A stretch of DNA of 58,892 bases from a virus (IMGVR_UViG_3300021962_000120:1-58892); one strand, 5' to 3'. Positions 19,998 through 30,519 are shown, counted from the stretch's first letter. Notes: generated by a model from the sequence alone, not told the origin. Numbers and translations: made by a program.

Positions 19998-20392
19998 GCG
20001 ACCGTTGCACCTGCCACGATGTTCTTATTGTGAAGAACTTGAACCGATGGTTCAAGGAAAAGTGGGTGGATGTGTCCCGCAAGGACAAGGACGGCAAGCA
20101 CCCGCCTTGCGGTCGCTCTAAAGCCAACACTTCCAGCAAGGGTTACCCTAAGTGTCGCCCCAGTGTCAAAGTAAACGAAAAGACTCCAAAGACCAGCGGT
20201 TCTATGAGCGAGGGTCAAAAGCGTGCGGCCACGAAACGCAAGCGAGCCAAGAAGCAAGGCGTGGGTGGCAAACCAACGGTGGTGAAAGCAATGAAAGACG
20301 AAAAAGAAATGAAAGGCAAAAAAGGTATGGTGATGGTGATTGCGGTCACGGCCAAACCAAAGAAAGTCGGTGTTAAAGGCAAAAAGGATTAA
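19994..20392 (+). CDS. Highly basic viral protein (RWFKEKWVD...CGR...YPKCRP family)
   Basis: Probable start ATG 19994 by ATGA overlap; VLIVK precedes the conserved domain. Confidence 0.75.
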   Translation: MSDRCTCHDVLIVKNLNRWFKEKWVDVSRKDKDGKHPPCGRSKANTSSKGYPKCRPSVKVNEKTPKTSGSMSEGQKRAATKRKRAKKQGVGGKPTVVKAMKDEKEMKGKKGMVMVIAVTAKPKKVGVKGKKD

Positions 20393-20417
20393 ATGAGTGG
20401 TCAATCCAGTGGTCATT

Positions 20418-21713
20418 ATGTGGGGGAGTCTGTTTATCGGTGACGAGTACGATGTGCCGTTGCAGGTTGCAGACGACTTTTCCCACGATGTATTGAAAAG
20501 TTTGGCTCAACATCCCTATTTTCAACCTAACCAAGTGCCACTTGTTTTTGTTAAAAACGATTCATCAGTAAAAGACAATATATCATCATTTTCAGTAAAT
20601 GGTGATGGATGGTTTGAAACCAAATACGGTACTGATGCTAACACTATTATTCGTATGTGTCGCAAAATGCGCCGACATGACAAAGCGTTTCGGGAAGAGT
20701 ATGACGGTATCATCAAAGACATACGCCGTGTAAAAGCCATGGAAATTGATTTGACAATCAAATCTCTTACATGGGCAAACGGTATGGAAGATGTTATACG
20801 CAACATTGGTCTTGATGACCGCTCTCTCAAAGCATTGCGTAAGTTTGGTGAATCAAGAAGTACCAGTTTGCAAAAAGCCTGCCAACAATACCTTAAGGCA
20901 ATTACTGTATTGCAACACCTTAACGACAAGTTAGATTGGGACACTATAGACCAACAAAATTGGGTTGATGCTAACGAAATGAAAAAGGATGCTCAAACAA
21001 TGTGGAAAAATACCTTACATCAAATTGATAATTTGAAAAAAACGGACATAGCCGCACTTGAATATGCATCAAAATTACTTGAAGTAGAAGGTGCTTTAGG
21101 AAGTCAAGAAATTGTGCGTAGGGGTTATAATATCCTTAACAAATCTATGACGGCTGGAAAAATGAGTTCACTTCTCAAAATGTATGGTGAAGAAGTAGAT
21201 GTGTACAAAGGAAGTGAACGGCACACATATGTGAAAAAGGGTACAAACGGTTTCATTGTTAAGGATATTTGGGCATACACGGCTGGTTTTGTTGATGCTG
21301 ATGGAAGCATTTTCATTTCCGAGCGTGGTGACCCTCGTGTAACCATTGTAGCCAGCGGTGAAAATGGGAAAATACATTGCGAGGAATTGCAAAAAATGAT
21401 TGGATGTGGGCGTTTAGTCTCCGACCAAAAGTTGGCCAAAAACACCATCAAACCTGTTCATCGGCTTATTTTTTCTTCAAAGGACGACATTCGTGATATT
21501 CTCAAAGGAGTGCTTCCACATCTTAAACTTAAATCGTTGCAGGCAAAGGCTGTTTTGAATTACATTGAGGAAAAAGATTCTATGCGAAAAACAGAATTGT
21601 ACCAATTGGTAACATACAACAATTGGAAAGAGCATAAAAACAAAGCCGCTTCTCTTCTTGATAAGTGGGGCATCAATGCTGACACGATAGGCGTATATGC
21701 GGAGGGATTATGA
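20418..21713 (+). CDS. Protein with C-terminal LAGLIDADG endonuclease-like domain
   Basis: WAYTAGFVDADGSI at about 21270, followed by typical beta strands and LKGVLPHLKLK; track start 20397. Confidence 0.8.
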   Translation: MWGSLFIGDEYDVPLQVADDFSHDVLKSLAQHPYFQPNQVPLVFVKNDSSVKDNISSFSVNGDGWFETKYGTDANTIIRMCRKMRRHDKAFREEYDGIIKDIRRVKAMEIDLTIKSLTWANGMEDVIRNIGLDDRSLKALRKFGESRSTSLQKACQQYLKAITVLQHLNDKLDWDTIDQQNWVDANEMKKDAQTMWKNTLHQIDNLKKTDIAALEYASKLLEVEGALGSQEIVRRGYNILNKSMTAGKMSSLLKMYGEEVDVYKGSERHTYVKKGTNGFIVKDIWAYTAGFVDADGSIFISERGDPRVTIVASGENGKIHCEELQKMIGCGRLVSDQKLAKNTIKPVHRLIFSSKDDIRDILKGVLPHLKLKSLQAKAVLNYIEEKDSMRKTELYQLVTYNNWKEHKNKAASLLDKWGINADTIGVYAEGL

Positions 21714-23494
21714 TGGCAGATGATGACAGCAGAATCTCTCGTTTTCTTTCTGCTCTTGGTAGTCCATTTCGGCGTAAAGAATCACCTACTCCTACTATGC
21801 CGCTTTGGACAAGCGGTATTCAAGAGCCAGTTATGGCTCAAGGTATCACCATTCCTGCTCTTTATGCTGTAAGCAATGAATCGTTGATTTTGCGTACTGT
21901 GCTTGCAAAATTGCGTCAAGAAATGTTTCGCCGTGGTTATTATTGGGAAAAGAAGTTTGCACGCAAATGTACAGTATGTGACGAAGAATACCAAAGTGAA
22001 GTAGAATCTTGTGCTGAGTGCGGCGGCTCAGTTCGTAAACCGGATATTGATGAATTGACTTATCCCAAGTGGCTTCTCAAGCAAGAAAACAGCATGGAAC
22101 AATCGTTTCTCCATGTAATGAATGAAATTGAAAGTGACCTCAACATTGTAGATGACGCTTTTTTAATTCTCGTAAAAGAGTATTTTATTGACCCACAAAG
22201 CAAAGAAGTAGCATTTTACCGAGTCAAAGAAATTATGCGTGGTGACCCCATTTTTATGCGTATTGTTGCTGACAAGCGTGGTGTGCGTGGTGGCCGTTAT
22301 CGCATTTGTTTAATTCATCGTGATGAAGTTAAAACACATGCTGAAGATGAAACTTGTGAACAATGTGGTGCTGAATTGCAAGATGTTCATTATGTGAACA
22401 TGGCAGGCAGTGGTAAAACACAATACTTTGCAGAAGGTGAAGTATTACATTTAAGCAAGTATATGCCTTCTAAGTTGTATGGTCGCTCGCCTGTTAATAC
22501 AATGTGGCGACAAGCCATGACGCTTACAGCCATGGACAATTACATTTACACAGCATATCAAAAACGAAGAATGCCAAAAGGCATTGTATCAGTTACTACA
22601 GATAATTTGGAATCCATGAAGTCTTTTTGGAAGGCTGTGGATGAAAAAATGGAGCGTGACCCTCATTATGTACCAAAGGTCGGTATTGAGTCGGCTACAG
22701 GACGAGGTGGTGTAAATTGGGTTAAGTTCATGGACACGCTGGAAGAGATGCAGTATATTGCGGTGCGTGACGAAATACGAAATCGTATGGCCGCTTTTTA
22801 TGGCGTATCTTCAGTGTTCATGGTAGATAGCGGTAAATCGGGTGGACTCAACAATGAAGGTATGCAAATACTGGTAACAAACCGAGCCGTAGAGTTTGGA
22901 CAAAAAGTGTACACTGAAGTCTTGTTTCCACGAATGCTTAAACAATTGAATGTTAATGATTGGAAACTTACGCTTTATCCAAACGAAGAAGAAGATGAAA
23001 TTACACGCCTACGCCGTGATGAACAAGAACTCAATGTGGCGCAACGCATGGCTCAATTGGGCTTTATGCCCGAACTCATTGAGGACACGGCTAACCGAGA
23101 CATCCGTTTCACTTACAAGCGTCCCCCACCTCCTCAACCACAGCAAGGCGCACCTCCCGGCGGAGCACCTCCCGGTATGCCACCCGGTATGCCACCCGGT
23201 GGCGGTATGCCACCCGGTATGCCACCCGGTATGCCACCCGGTGGCGGTATGCCACCAATGATGGGAGCAGGGCCACAAATGCCACCGCAGTTGGCACAGC
23301 AAATTATGCCTCCCCCACAACCCGGTGGTCAAGGGATTGGTTTGCGAAACCGTGGGCCTGCGGCACCGGAACGGCGAAATAGTATGGGAAGTGGCGCACC
23401 ATTTAGCAATGTTCAACAACGAGGGCCACCGCTTTCTATGCAACAAAACTTGAGCAATGCACTACTTAACGCTCGTCGCCCCCGTGGGCAGTAA
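21710..23494 (+). CDS. Portal protein with Zn-ribbon insertions and Pro/Gly/Met tail
   Basis: Position after terL; EVLHL...YGRSP, MPKGIV and MAAFYGVS portal-like motifs. Confidence 0.85.
   Translation: MMADDDSRISRFLSALGSPFRRKESPTPTMPLWTSGIQEPVMAQGITIPALYAVSNESLILRTVLAKLRQEMFRRGYYWEKKFARKCTVCDEEYQSEVESCAECGGSVRKPDIDELTYPKWLLKQENSMEQSFLHVMNEIESDLNIVDDAFLILVKEYFIDPQSKEVAFYRVKEIMRGDPIFMRIVADKRGVRGGRYRICLIHRDEVKTHAEDETCEQCGAELQDVHYVNMAGSGKTQYFAEGEVLHLSKYMPSKLYGRSPVNTMWRQAMTLTAMDNYIYTAYQKRRMPKGIVSVTTDNLESMKSFWKAVDEKMERDPHYVPKVGIESATGRGGVNWVKFMDTLEEMQYIAVRDEIRNRMAAFYGVSSVFMVDSGKSGGLNNEGMQILVTNRAVEFGQKVYTEVLFPRMLKQLNVNDWKLTLYPNEEEDEITRLRRDEQELNVAQRMAQLGFMPELIEDTANRDIRFTYKRPPPPQPQQGAPPGGAPPGMPPGMPPGGGMPPGMPPGMPPGGGMPPMMGAGPQMPPQLAQQIMPPPQPGGQGIGLRNRGPAAPERRNSMGSGAPFSNVQQRGPPLSMQQNLSNALLNARRPRGQ
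23167..23257 (+). repeat. Tandem CCACCCGGT(GGCGGT)ATG repeats encoding PPGM/PPGGGM
   Basis: Read directly from the sequence in the portal C-terminus. Confidence 0.9.
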
Positions 23495-23540
23495 CGCTCT
23501 TAAAGTTGAACGATATGAGACAGACATAGCAGGGATTAAC

Positions 23541-23888
23541 ATGGACTTGTTGAAAATGCACCCGATGGCCCGAAAAATGGAACAAGCAAACAAGGCTTTT
23601 CTTAATGCTCTTGAAAATGGTGATGGCCATATGGCTAAGCAATATCTTTCGGAAGTACAAAAGTTGAGTGACTTTTTGGCTGATGATTTGCACCAAGAAA
23701 TTGTTAAATCCGATGTAGTTACTCCTCAAGGCCCACGAGACATTTTCGCTGGCGGCGTTCCTGTGTTGAAAATGGAAGCACCTGCTGAAAAGACCAACAT
23801 TGAGGGTTCTCGCCTTGGTTTTATGTCCTCTTCTCGCCACAACCCACAATACAAGCGAAGCGCAGGTTCCTACGGTCGTAAGGTTTGA
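23541..23888 (+). CDS. Hypothetical head-module protein
   Basis: Probable start MDLLK at 23541 (track start 23457); EIVKS site. Confidence 0.7.
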   Translation: MDLLKMHPMARKMEQANKAFLNALENGDGHMAKQYLSEVQKLSDFLADDLHQEIVKSDVVTPQGPRDIFAGGVPVLKMEAPAEKTNIEGSRLGFMSSSRHNPQYKRSAGSYGRKV

Positions 23889-23897
23889 GGTGAGTTA

Positions 23898-24239
23898 ATG
23901 ACTGAATCCTCAAATGCCGAGCAATTGATTGGTGTTCTCATCAACAAAATGGAGTCCATGGACTCTAATCTTATGCTCCTTAAGGCGGAAAACGAGGCTC
24001 TCAAAAATCTCATTAACAACCCACAACGCCTTCTTCGCAAAATGGGGCTTGTGAGTGTAAGCACCCCCTTTACTACCGATTTGCAAATTGACCCATTCCG
24101 TGGTGACATGGAACTTAACAGTAGTGCATTGCTCAAGAGCCAGCCCGGTTTTGGCACCATGAGCAACGAAGATATTCACGCCATGTCGTGGGAAGATATT
24201 CACGAAATGGCTAACAGTGCAAAGGAGGCAGTACAATGA
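23898..24239 (+). CDS. Coiled-coil protein; candidate accessory scaffold
   Basis: GAGGTGA RBS; C-terminus resembles that of the protease-scaffold. Confidence 0.7.
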   Translation: MTESSNAEQLIGVLINKMESMDSNLMLLKAENEALKNLINNPQRLLRKMGLVSVSTPFTTDLQIDPFRGDMELNSSALLKSQPGFGTMSNEDIHAMSWEDIHEMANSAKEAVQ

Positions 24240-24805
24240 AACCCCGCCCAGTTGAAAATGGATATTTAGCAAAAGCCATTGAACTTGAACAACGCCTTGA
24301 GCGAATTGAAAAGGCCAAGTGTGATTGCGGCAAAGAGCCTTGTGAGTGCAAAGACTGTCCAAAGTGCGGTTCTAAAATGAACAAGATGGGTTGCATGAAG
24401 ATGGGTTGCGGCGGCAAAATGGAAAAAGCCGAACCGGGATTCAAGCCCGAAAAAATCACGGACATCAATCCTTCTTTCCACGCCGAGTCGGGTGGACAAA
24501 CCAAGAGTGGTTACTTCACCACCAACGGGCGCACCATTGAGACTGAGGATGCGCCAAAGAAAAAGAAGCCAAAGGAAGCAACCAACATGGAGCAACTTGG
24601 CTCTCGCATGAACCCTCACGAGGGTAGCGGCGTTGAGCGTGAAGAAGGTGAGTCGCCCGTTAAGAAAATGAATCCAAGAGCGGCTATGCGAGAAAGTGGC
24701 GCACCAGTGATGTGTGGGCTTTGCGGCGGCACTCAGCGAACAGGGTGCTTGCTCCACGAGGGTGGTATGGATTTGCACGCTTGCCCACAGTTTAAGCCGC
24801 TATGA
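24236..24805 (+). CDS. Cys-rich hypothetical head protein
   Basis: CDCGKEPCECKDCPKC cluster and C-terminal CGLC...C...C. Confidence 0.7.
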   Translation: MKPRPVENGYLAKAIELEQRLERIEKAKCDCGKEPCECKDCPKCGSKMNKMGCMKMGCGGKMEKAEPGFKPEKITDINPSFHAESGGQTKSGYFTTNGRTIETEDAPKKKKPKEATNMEQLGSRMNPHEGSGVEREEGESPVKKMNPRAAMRESGAPVMCGLCGGTQRTGCLLHEGGMDLHACPQFKPL

Positions 24806-27800
24806 TTGGCGGTGAGGACATGGATGACCACTTCTATGTGTGTAGCAACGAGTTGCTAAAATCATTGAACGATGGTCTTGACCTTCGCACTGCGGCGGCT
24901 GAATACATTCTTGCGTTTGAAAACCTTCACACGCTTCCCACTGAGCCGCTGTTCAAGTCGTTGAAAGCAACGGCTGAAATGGTGCTTAAAGCAGAAGAAG
25001 AAAGCAGTGTTGATGTGGAAAAGGACTACCATTTTCCCGAAGGTATCGGTTACATGTTTGCTTTGCAACACACGCACGGCGAGCCGACCAACCATGTATG
25101 GAAAGACGGCCTTCAATCCCCTACTAATCCTAAAAACCGACATGCGGTGTGGCCGTATTATCAACCCAAAGACGGTGCTCATCCATACCAACGCCACCAT
25201 TTTCCCTTCCATGAAGTGAACCACCCTCTTCTTCGTACCAACGCCGTGACGGGCACACCTGCTTATGTGGAGATGCTACGCAATTGGGCATTAGGTGGCC
25301 ACAGTGAAAAAGAAAAGGAAATGGAAAAACAATTCTTTGATACGCTTGGTAAGAAACATCCGTTGGTTGGTGGGTTTCAACAAGGAGAAGGAAAAAAGGT
25401 CAATATCATTGGTGATACCCGACCAAACGGTACACTTCTTCATCATCAACATGACCTGTACGAGCGAGATTATTTCCGATGGTTAAAGCAAAACAATAAA
25501 CGGCAAGAGGAGTTGTTGGCTGAAGGTATGACCAATGCTGAAATGAAAGAGCAACTTCGCAAAGAACACTTTGCTGACCGAGCCGCTATGTGGGAGGCTG
25601 ATGAAGATAACAACATGGTGCTGGATGACAAATACGAGGAACACCCAACCCGACTTGGACATCTCGGCTACATGCTTGGCCTTGAGTGGTTCAGTCCCGA
25701 AGAACGCAGTGCTATTGTCAATCACATTGACGAAAAAGGGCTTGACAAGCATGATTTGATTACCCTGCCTAACGGTGAAAAGTTTCCTTCTGCTCGCCTT
25801 AAGTACAACGCTCTTATGCGAATGACACCCGAAATGAACTGGGCTATTCGCCCTATGACCATGATGGGTCGTAACGCTCATTACCATCAAGAAAACAACG
25901 ATAACGATTACACCAAAGGTGAAGAAGGTATGTTCCTTCAACAAGCGTTGGGTCGTCTTTCTCACGAGCCTTTAGATGAGTTTGATAATAAGTCAATTGC
26001 CAGCCACATTCAAGAAGCCATACGGGACAATTACGGGGCTGATAAGCGAATGAAGTATTTGCCTCGCCTTAACATTCACAAAGAACCAATGAAAGAAATG
26101 TCGTATGATGAATTGTTTGATGCTTCCCGTATTCATTTCAAGGGTAAAGAGCGAGGACTGGAAAAGGTAAGAATGTCCAAAGATGACTTGTTATATTTGG
26201 CTGGCTATGACCCTAAAACACGAGAGTTGCTTACTGACCATCCATTGTACGGTAAGTTAGAGGAACCAATTGTAGATGCTGGTATGATTGATTACATAGA
26301 AGCGGTTGCAAAAACACAATCTTCATTGCATCGTCAAATCAAAGACATTCGTAATCATCGTGCTTTTTTCACCTCACCACACGGCCCACATCCCGATGAA
26401 GAAAAACCCAAATACTGGCAAGAACATGAAAATGGATTTACATATGGGCCGGGTCATTTTTGGGCTTCGCCATTTCAAAGTACAGGTGGTGCTGGAACTA
26501 ATCTTGCTACATACCACGAAATCTTGAACGCTACACACGCTAACGAAGAAGGTGTATCGCCGTTTAATGAATTAACAGAAAGCCGAGACAATTACATTCA
26601 ACCAAGTGAACTAAACAGAACGCTTGCTCATCATTTCATGCCTCTACGATTGCAAAGCATAGGGGAAGCAACACAAGATGGAAAGTATGTCAAGTTTAAT
26701 TACAACTCAAGTGCAGAACACTTGCAAAACCTGTTGTCACCGTTTGGTACATCAAAGAAACACCCAAACACAGAAGGGGCCACCAATAAAAACAACTACA
26801 CTGAACACAAATCATCTCTCAATCCACAATACGAATACAACATAAGACATCTTTCGGAAAACGAGTTAAAAAATAAGTTTGTAGGTAAGTTTTTGCGAAG
26901 CATGGCGTTTCCACACACAGTGGTACCTACACAGCATGTTGGGGGCTACACGGCCTACGGAGCATCACCATCCGATTCTCGTAGTCATGTTAATGCCATT
27001 CTTGCACATAACATGGAAACGCTTGGTGGGCGCATGTTTCACCCCAATACACCAGCAAAAAAATCATTTTCCAGTGCTGAGGATTGGATGCGTGGCGATG
27101 AGTCGGCCAGTGGTGGAACGACTCGTGAAGAGTTCAAAGATTTCATGCGTTGGGGTGGACAAAGCGGTTTTTCTTTTGATTCAATGAAAAACCGTGTTCT
27201 TGATAACCCTTCAATGAATCATGCAATGATGGCAATTACCAACGCATCAAAGATTCTTGGAACACAAAATCCAAAGGCTATTTTGGACTACCTGCACAAC
27301 GAAGAAAATCACGATGAGTTAAACAAGATTTTGTTAGACAGGCAACTTGGAGAGTTTGATAAAACAAAATTAAACGATGGGATTGACACTGTGATTCAAA
27401 ACATGAATCAAGAGATTCAAACAGCCAAGAAAAATCAAAAGACAAAAACCACAATAGCGGCTGGTGAGGCTGACGCTGTAGCACGCTTTTTGCAATTTGG
27501 TGGTATGTTGCCTGCATCTCAAAAAGAAGATGAACTGCTTGAAGAAGTGGAAATGCTCAATGAACGGTTAATGGAAGAGCAAGTTGCTGGTACTCCGTTT
27601 GAAGAACTTCTTCCAATGAGAGAACAATTACGACAAGCAACTCAACGATTAGAACAATTACAGGCGCAAGCGGCTATCAAAAAACCAACAACACATTGGG
27701 AAATAGACCAAAGGCGACTTGAGCAACTTCACAAAGGACATCGCCAAACTGTTGCACAAGTAGCACGGGACATTATTCTTCCAAAATATCTTGAGCATGA

Positions 27801-30519
27801 CCCAAATGCGTTTGACCCCAACGACCCTGCTACTTTCATTGCAAACCACCATCAATTGATGCGTGACGCTCAACGATACATTGCGTCTGTTCCTCATTCA
27901 GTACACGGTTTAACTACTCTTAATTATGGTAGTGATAAATCGGTAAAAGCCACCTCACAAGGTGTGCAAAATCCATTCCACAAAACACTTGGCAAACATC
28001 TATCTACTGATGGTAAAATGATTGACAGCAACATGTCTGTTGATGAAGTGCTAAAGATTCTTGGTGTTGAAAAGACTCCTGTAGCAAAAGAAAAGGCAAC
28101 AGAACTCATCAACTTATCTTCAAAAATGAATACGCCGTTGTTTGCATCCACGGTGAAAGATATACTGCTCAGTGGTAAAATCCCTAACATTGACGGCATC
28201 AATCTCAAGCAGTTTAGCGATGAAGAATTGATGAACAAGCCCGAAGAAGAACTAAACGATGAAGAACGCTTCTTCCGTCATGCACGAGAAAAGGGTTATC
28301 ATCAAGCATTGAATCATTTTCAACAAGAAGCAAGCGGGCAAAGTGAATGGAAAGGACATCATTCTCACGCTATTCCTCGTTACATGAATATGATGCTTAA
28401 CCCTGCACAGTTTGAAATGTCTATGCTTTCGGCTGGTATTGGGAGCATTAGCGGTGATATTCACGACTCAAAAGGAACTGGAAGTGCTACAAAGGCCCGC
28501 AGTACAAGCACCACAAAAAACAATCTTGACACCATCGTGCATTTTGACCCTCGTGCATTGGATGATGAAGAGGGTATTTTTACAGCAGGTGAAGATATTT
28601 CCGAAACCGCAGGCTTTGGTCAACGACCTGTAGGAGCGGCGAGTCCTGTTAATACGGCGATTACCGATAACTTTGACAGCGGTGCATGGCATCATGGGTA
28701 TGAATTGACTCCCACTCTTGGTGCTGAGTTTGACAGTGAAGGCAACATCCATGTTGGTAGCCATGTAGGGCCGGGTCTGTATCATAGTGTACCCGAAGAA
28801 CTCACACAAGTGGTTCATGGAAAAGATGTGTCGGACTTTGTGTACGCTAATGCTCCTCCACCGTTGTACCCCAATAACCCCCATCAAAGCATGAATATGG
28901 AAACAGGAGAAGTGGCCAGTGAAAACATGACTACAATAGCAACCAGCGAAATGACCGAACTGATTACCTCCCTGCTTGACCCCGATGTGTTATTGTCCAA
29001 GAGTGACGATGCAAAGTGGAGTCCAGCAGTTCGCCCCATGCACCGCATTTTTGATTTGGCCGACCTTGAACACCTTCGTGGTTTCAGCGGGTCATGGGTT
29101 GTAAGCAAATGGTATGATGGACAGCGTATCATCATTGTTCGCAGTGGTGATGAAATCACAGCGTATGATGAAAATGGGAGAAAGAAAGGATTACGCAAGG
29201 CTACCAAAGAGGCTCTTGACAAAATGAGTGACAAGAATTACACACTTGACGGTATTCTTGGTGAAGATGAATTAAACATTATTGACATTATCAACTACGA
29301 TGATACCAATGTGGGAGAAATGCAACTGTTTGAACGCTTGAAAATCCTTCGCTCGCAATTTGATAGTCAAGAGCATGTTATTGTTCCCGGCCCACATGAT
29401 ACTCGCATGACCGATGATGAAGGACTGGTTGACGCTGTGAAGAACCTCAAAAATGACCATGATAACATCTTGTTGCGTGATAACAAGTCCACTTACATGC
29501 GTGGAGAGCGTAGGCATCCAAAATGGATTGTGTACCGTGACAGCCGAGACTTCAATTTCATCGTTCTTGACCGAAGAGGCACTGGGCCGTTCACTTATCA
29601 ATTGGGTGCTGGCCCTATCCTTGAAATTGAAGGGCTTGGAAACCGAGCAGTGGAATACAAAGGGGAACATTACATGGATGTAGGCACAGCCCACAATCAA
29701 AGCAAAGTGTTCAAAGTTGGTGACATTGTTCGTGCATCCATCACGGGTATTTCCAAAAAGAACCGTAGCAACCGCCCTGTGTATAATGTACAGGTCAAAG
29801 AATTAGAAGGTGAAGGAGAGGGTGAGGGTGCCGCCAGTACCGAATCACTTGACCTTATGACAAAATCATTTGCACCAATTCTTGTACCTCACGATATTCA
29901 AATCCACGAGAGTCATATTGAAATCCTGTTAAACGAAGTTGATACAGTAATGTACAAGATGGAAGAAATTGGCGATGTTTGGTATGTTCACTCTCCTAAG
30001 AGTGCAATGAGCGGTATTACCAAAACCGATTATCCTGTAGTGCTGGCTGAAAGTCTCATGCCTTTTTGGTCGGCAGTGGCTCCGTTAATGGTAAAAGGGT
30101 ATGTGGCAAAGAAGGTAGAAGTAGATATGCCAAAGAAGCCAACGGAAGAAGAAATGGAAGAAGGCAGTGCGGGCATCATTGATGATGATGATGAAAACCG
30201 CTTGCTTAAGCCCAACCAAACGAAGAAGGCTTTGGAACTGATTACACGGGCTTTGGACAAAATCGCCAAAGAAAAGATGACTTGGACAGGGCCAAAGGGG
30301 TTGGGTATTGATGTCGGTACGCCGCAAGAATCACCTCGTGGCCCAACTCAATTGCGTGATGAGGCCACTCTTCCAGATTTTGATGGTGAAAAGAAAAACA
30401 CCGATGAAAGAAAAGAAAAGAAAAAAGAGCGACTGAATCACATTCAAGTCCAAACAGATGAAGGTGAAAATCTCTCTATAGAATACGATAATGACCAACC
30501 TTTGCTATCTCGGCAATAG
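24802..30519 (+). CDS. 1,905-aa protein with a degenerate ATP-dependent DNA-ligase-like nucleotidyltransferase plus OB region
   Basis: VVSKWYDGQRIII, TLDG, IIDII, FERLKIL and YMRGERRHPKW; start may be ATG 24820. Confidence 0.75.
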   Translation: MIGGEDMDDHFYVCSNELLKSLNDGLDLRTAAAEYILAFENLHTLPTEPLFKSLKATAEMVLKAEEESSVDVEKDYHFPEGIGYMFALQHTHGEPTNHVWKDGLQSPTNPKNRHAVWPYYQPKDGAHPYQRHHFPFHEVNHPLLRTNAVTGTPAYVEMLRNWALGGHSEKEKEMEKQFFDTLGKKHPLVGGFQQGEGKKVNIIGDTRPNGTLLHHQHDLYERDYFRWLKQNNKRQEELLAEGMTNAEMKEQLRKEHFADRAAMWEADEDNNMVLDDKYEEHPTRLGHLGYMLGLEWFSPEERSAIVNHIDEKGLDKHDLITLPNGEKFPSARLKYNALMRMTPEMNWAIRPMTMMGRNAHYHQENNDNDYTKGEEGMFLQQALGRLSHEPLDEFDNKSIASHIQEAIRDNYGADKRMKYLPRLNIHKEPMKEMSYDELFDASRIHFKGKERGLEKVRMSKDDLLYLAGYDPKTRELLTDHPLYGKLEEPIVDAGMIDYIEAVAKTQSSLHRQIKDIRNHRAFFTSPHGPHPDEEKPKYWQEHENGFTYGPGHFWASPFQSTGGAGTNLATYHEILNATHANEEGVSPFNELTESRDNYIQPSELNRTLAHHFMPLRLQSIGEATQDGKYVKFNYNSSAEHLQNLLSPFGTSKKHPNTEGATNKNNYTEHKSSLNPQYEYNIRHLSENELKNKFVGKFLRSMAFPHTVVPTQHVGGYTAYGASPSDSRSHVNAILAHNMETLGGRMFHPNTPAKKSFSSAEDWMRGDESASGGTTREEFKDFMRWGGQSGFSFDSMKNRVLDNPSMNHAMMAITNASKILGTQNPKAILDYLHNEENHDELNKILLDRQLGEFDKTKLNDGIDTVIQNMNQEIQTAKKNQKTKTTIAAGEADAVARFLQFGGMLPASQKEDELLEEVEMLNERLMEEQVAGTPFEELLPMREQLRQATQRLEQLQAQAAIKKPTTHWEIDQRRLEQLHKGHRQTVAQVARDIILPKYLEHDPNAFDPNDPATFIANHHQLMRDAQRYIASVPHSVHGLTTLNYGSDKSVKATSQGVQNPFHKTLGKHLSTDGKMIDSNMSVDEVLKILGVEKTPVAKEKATELINLSSKMNTPLFASTVKDILLSGKIPNIDGINLKQFSDEELMNKPEEELNDEERFFRHAREKGYHQALNHFQQEASGQSEWKGHHSHAIPRYMNMMLNPAQFEMSMLSAGIGSISGDIHDSKGTGSATKARSTSTTKNNLDTIVHFDPRALDDEEGIFTAGEDISETAGFGQRPVGAASPVNTAITDNFDSGAWHHGYELTPTLGAEFDSEGNIHVGSHVGPGLYHSVPEELTQVVHGKDVSDFVYANAPPPLYPNNPHQSMNMETGEVASENMTTIATSEMTELITSLLDPDVLLSKSDDAKWSPAVRPMHRIFDLADLEHLRGFSGSWVVSKWYDGQRIIIVRSGDEITAYDENGRKKGLRKATKEALDKMSDKNYTLDGILGEDELNIIDIINYDDTNVGEMQLFERLKILRSQFDSQEHVIVPGPHDTRMTDDEGLVDAVKNLKNDHDNILLRDNKSTYMRGERRHPKWIVYRDSRDFNFIVLDRRGTGPFTYQLGAGPILEIEGLGNRAVEYKGEHYMDVGTAHNQSKVFKVGDIVRASITGISKKNRSNRPVYNVQVKELEGEGEGEGAASTESLDLMTKSFAPILVPHDIQIHESHIEILLNEVDTVMYKMEEIGDVWYVHSPKSAMSGITKTDYPVVLAESLMPFWSAVAPLMVKGYVAKKVEVDMPKKPTEEEMEEGSAGIIDDDDENRLLKPNQTKKALELITRALDKIAKEKMTWTGPKGLGIDVGTPQESPRGPTQLRDEATLPDFDGEKKNTDERKEKKKERLNHIQVQTDEGENLSIEYDNDQPLLSRQ

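Noticed and set aside
20418-21713. Intein or group I intron around the LAGLIDADG domain
   Set aside because: No Cys/Ser...His-Asn splice motifs seen; terL and portal are uninterrupted.
24802-30519. Functional DNA ligase annotation
   Set aside because: Catalytic motifs I, III, IV and V are all altered; reported as ligase-like only.
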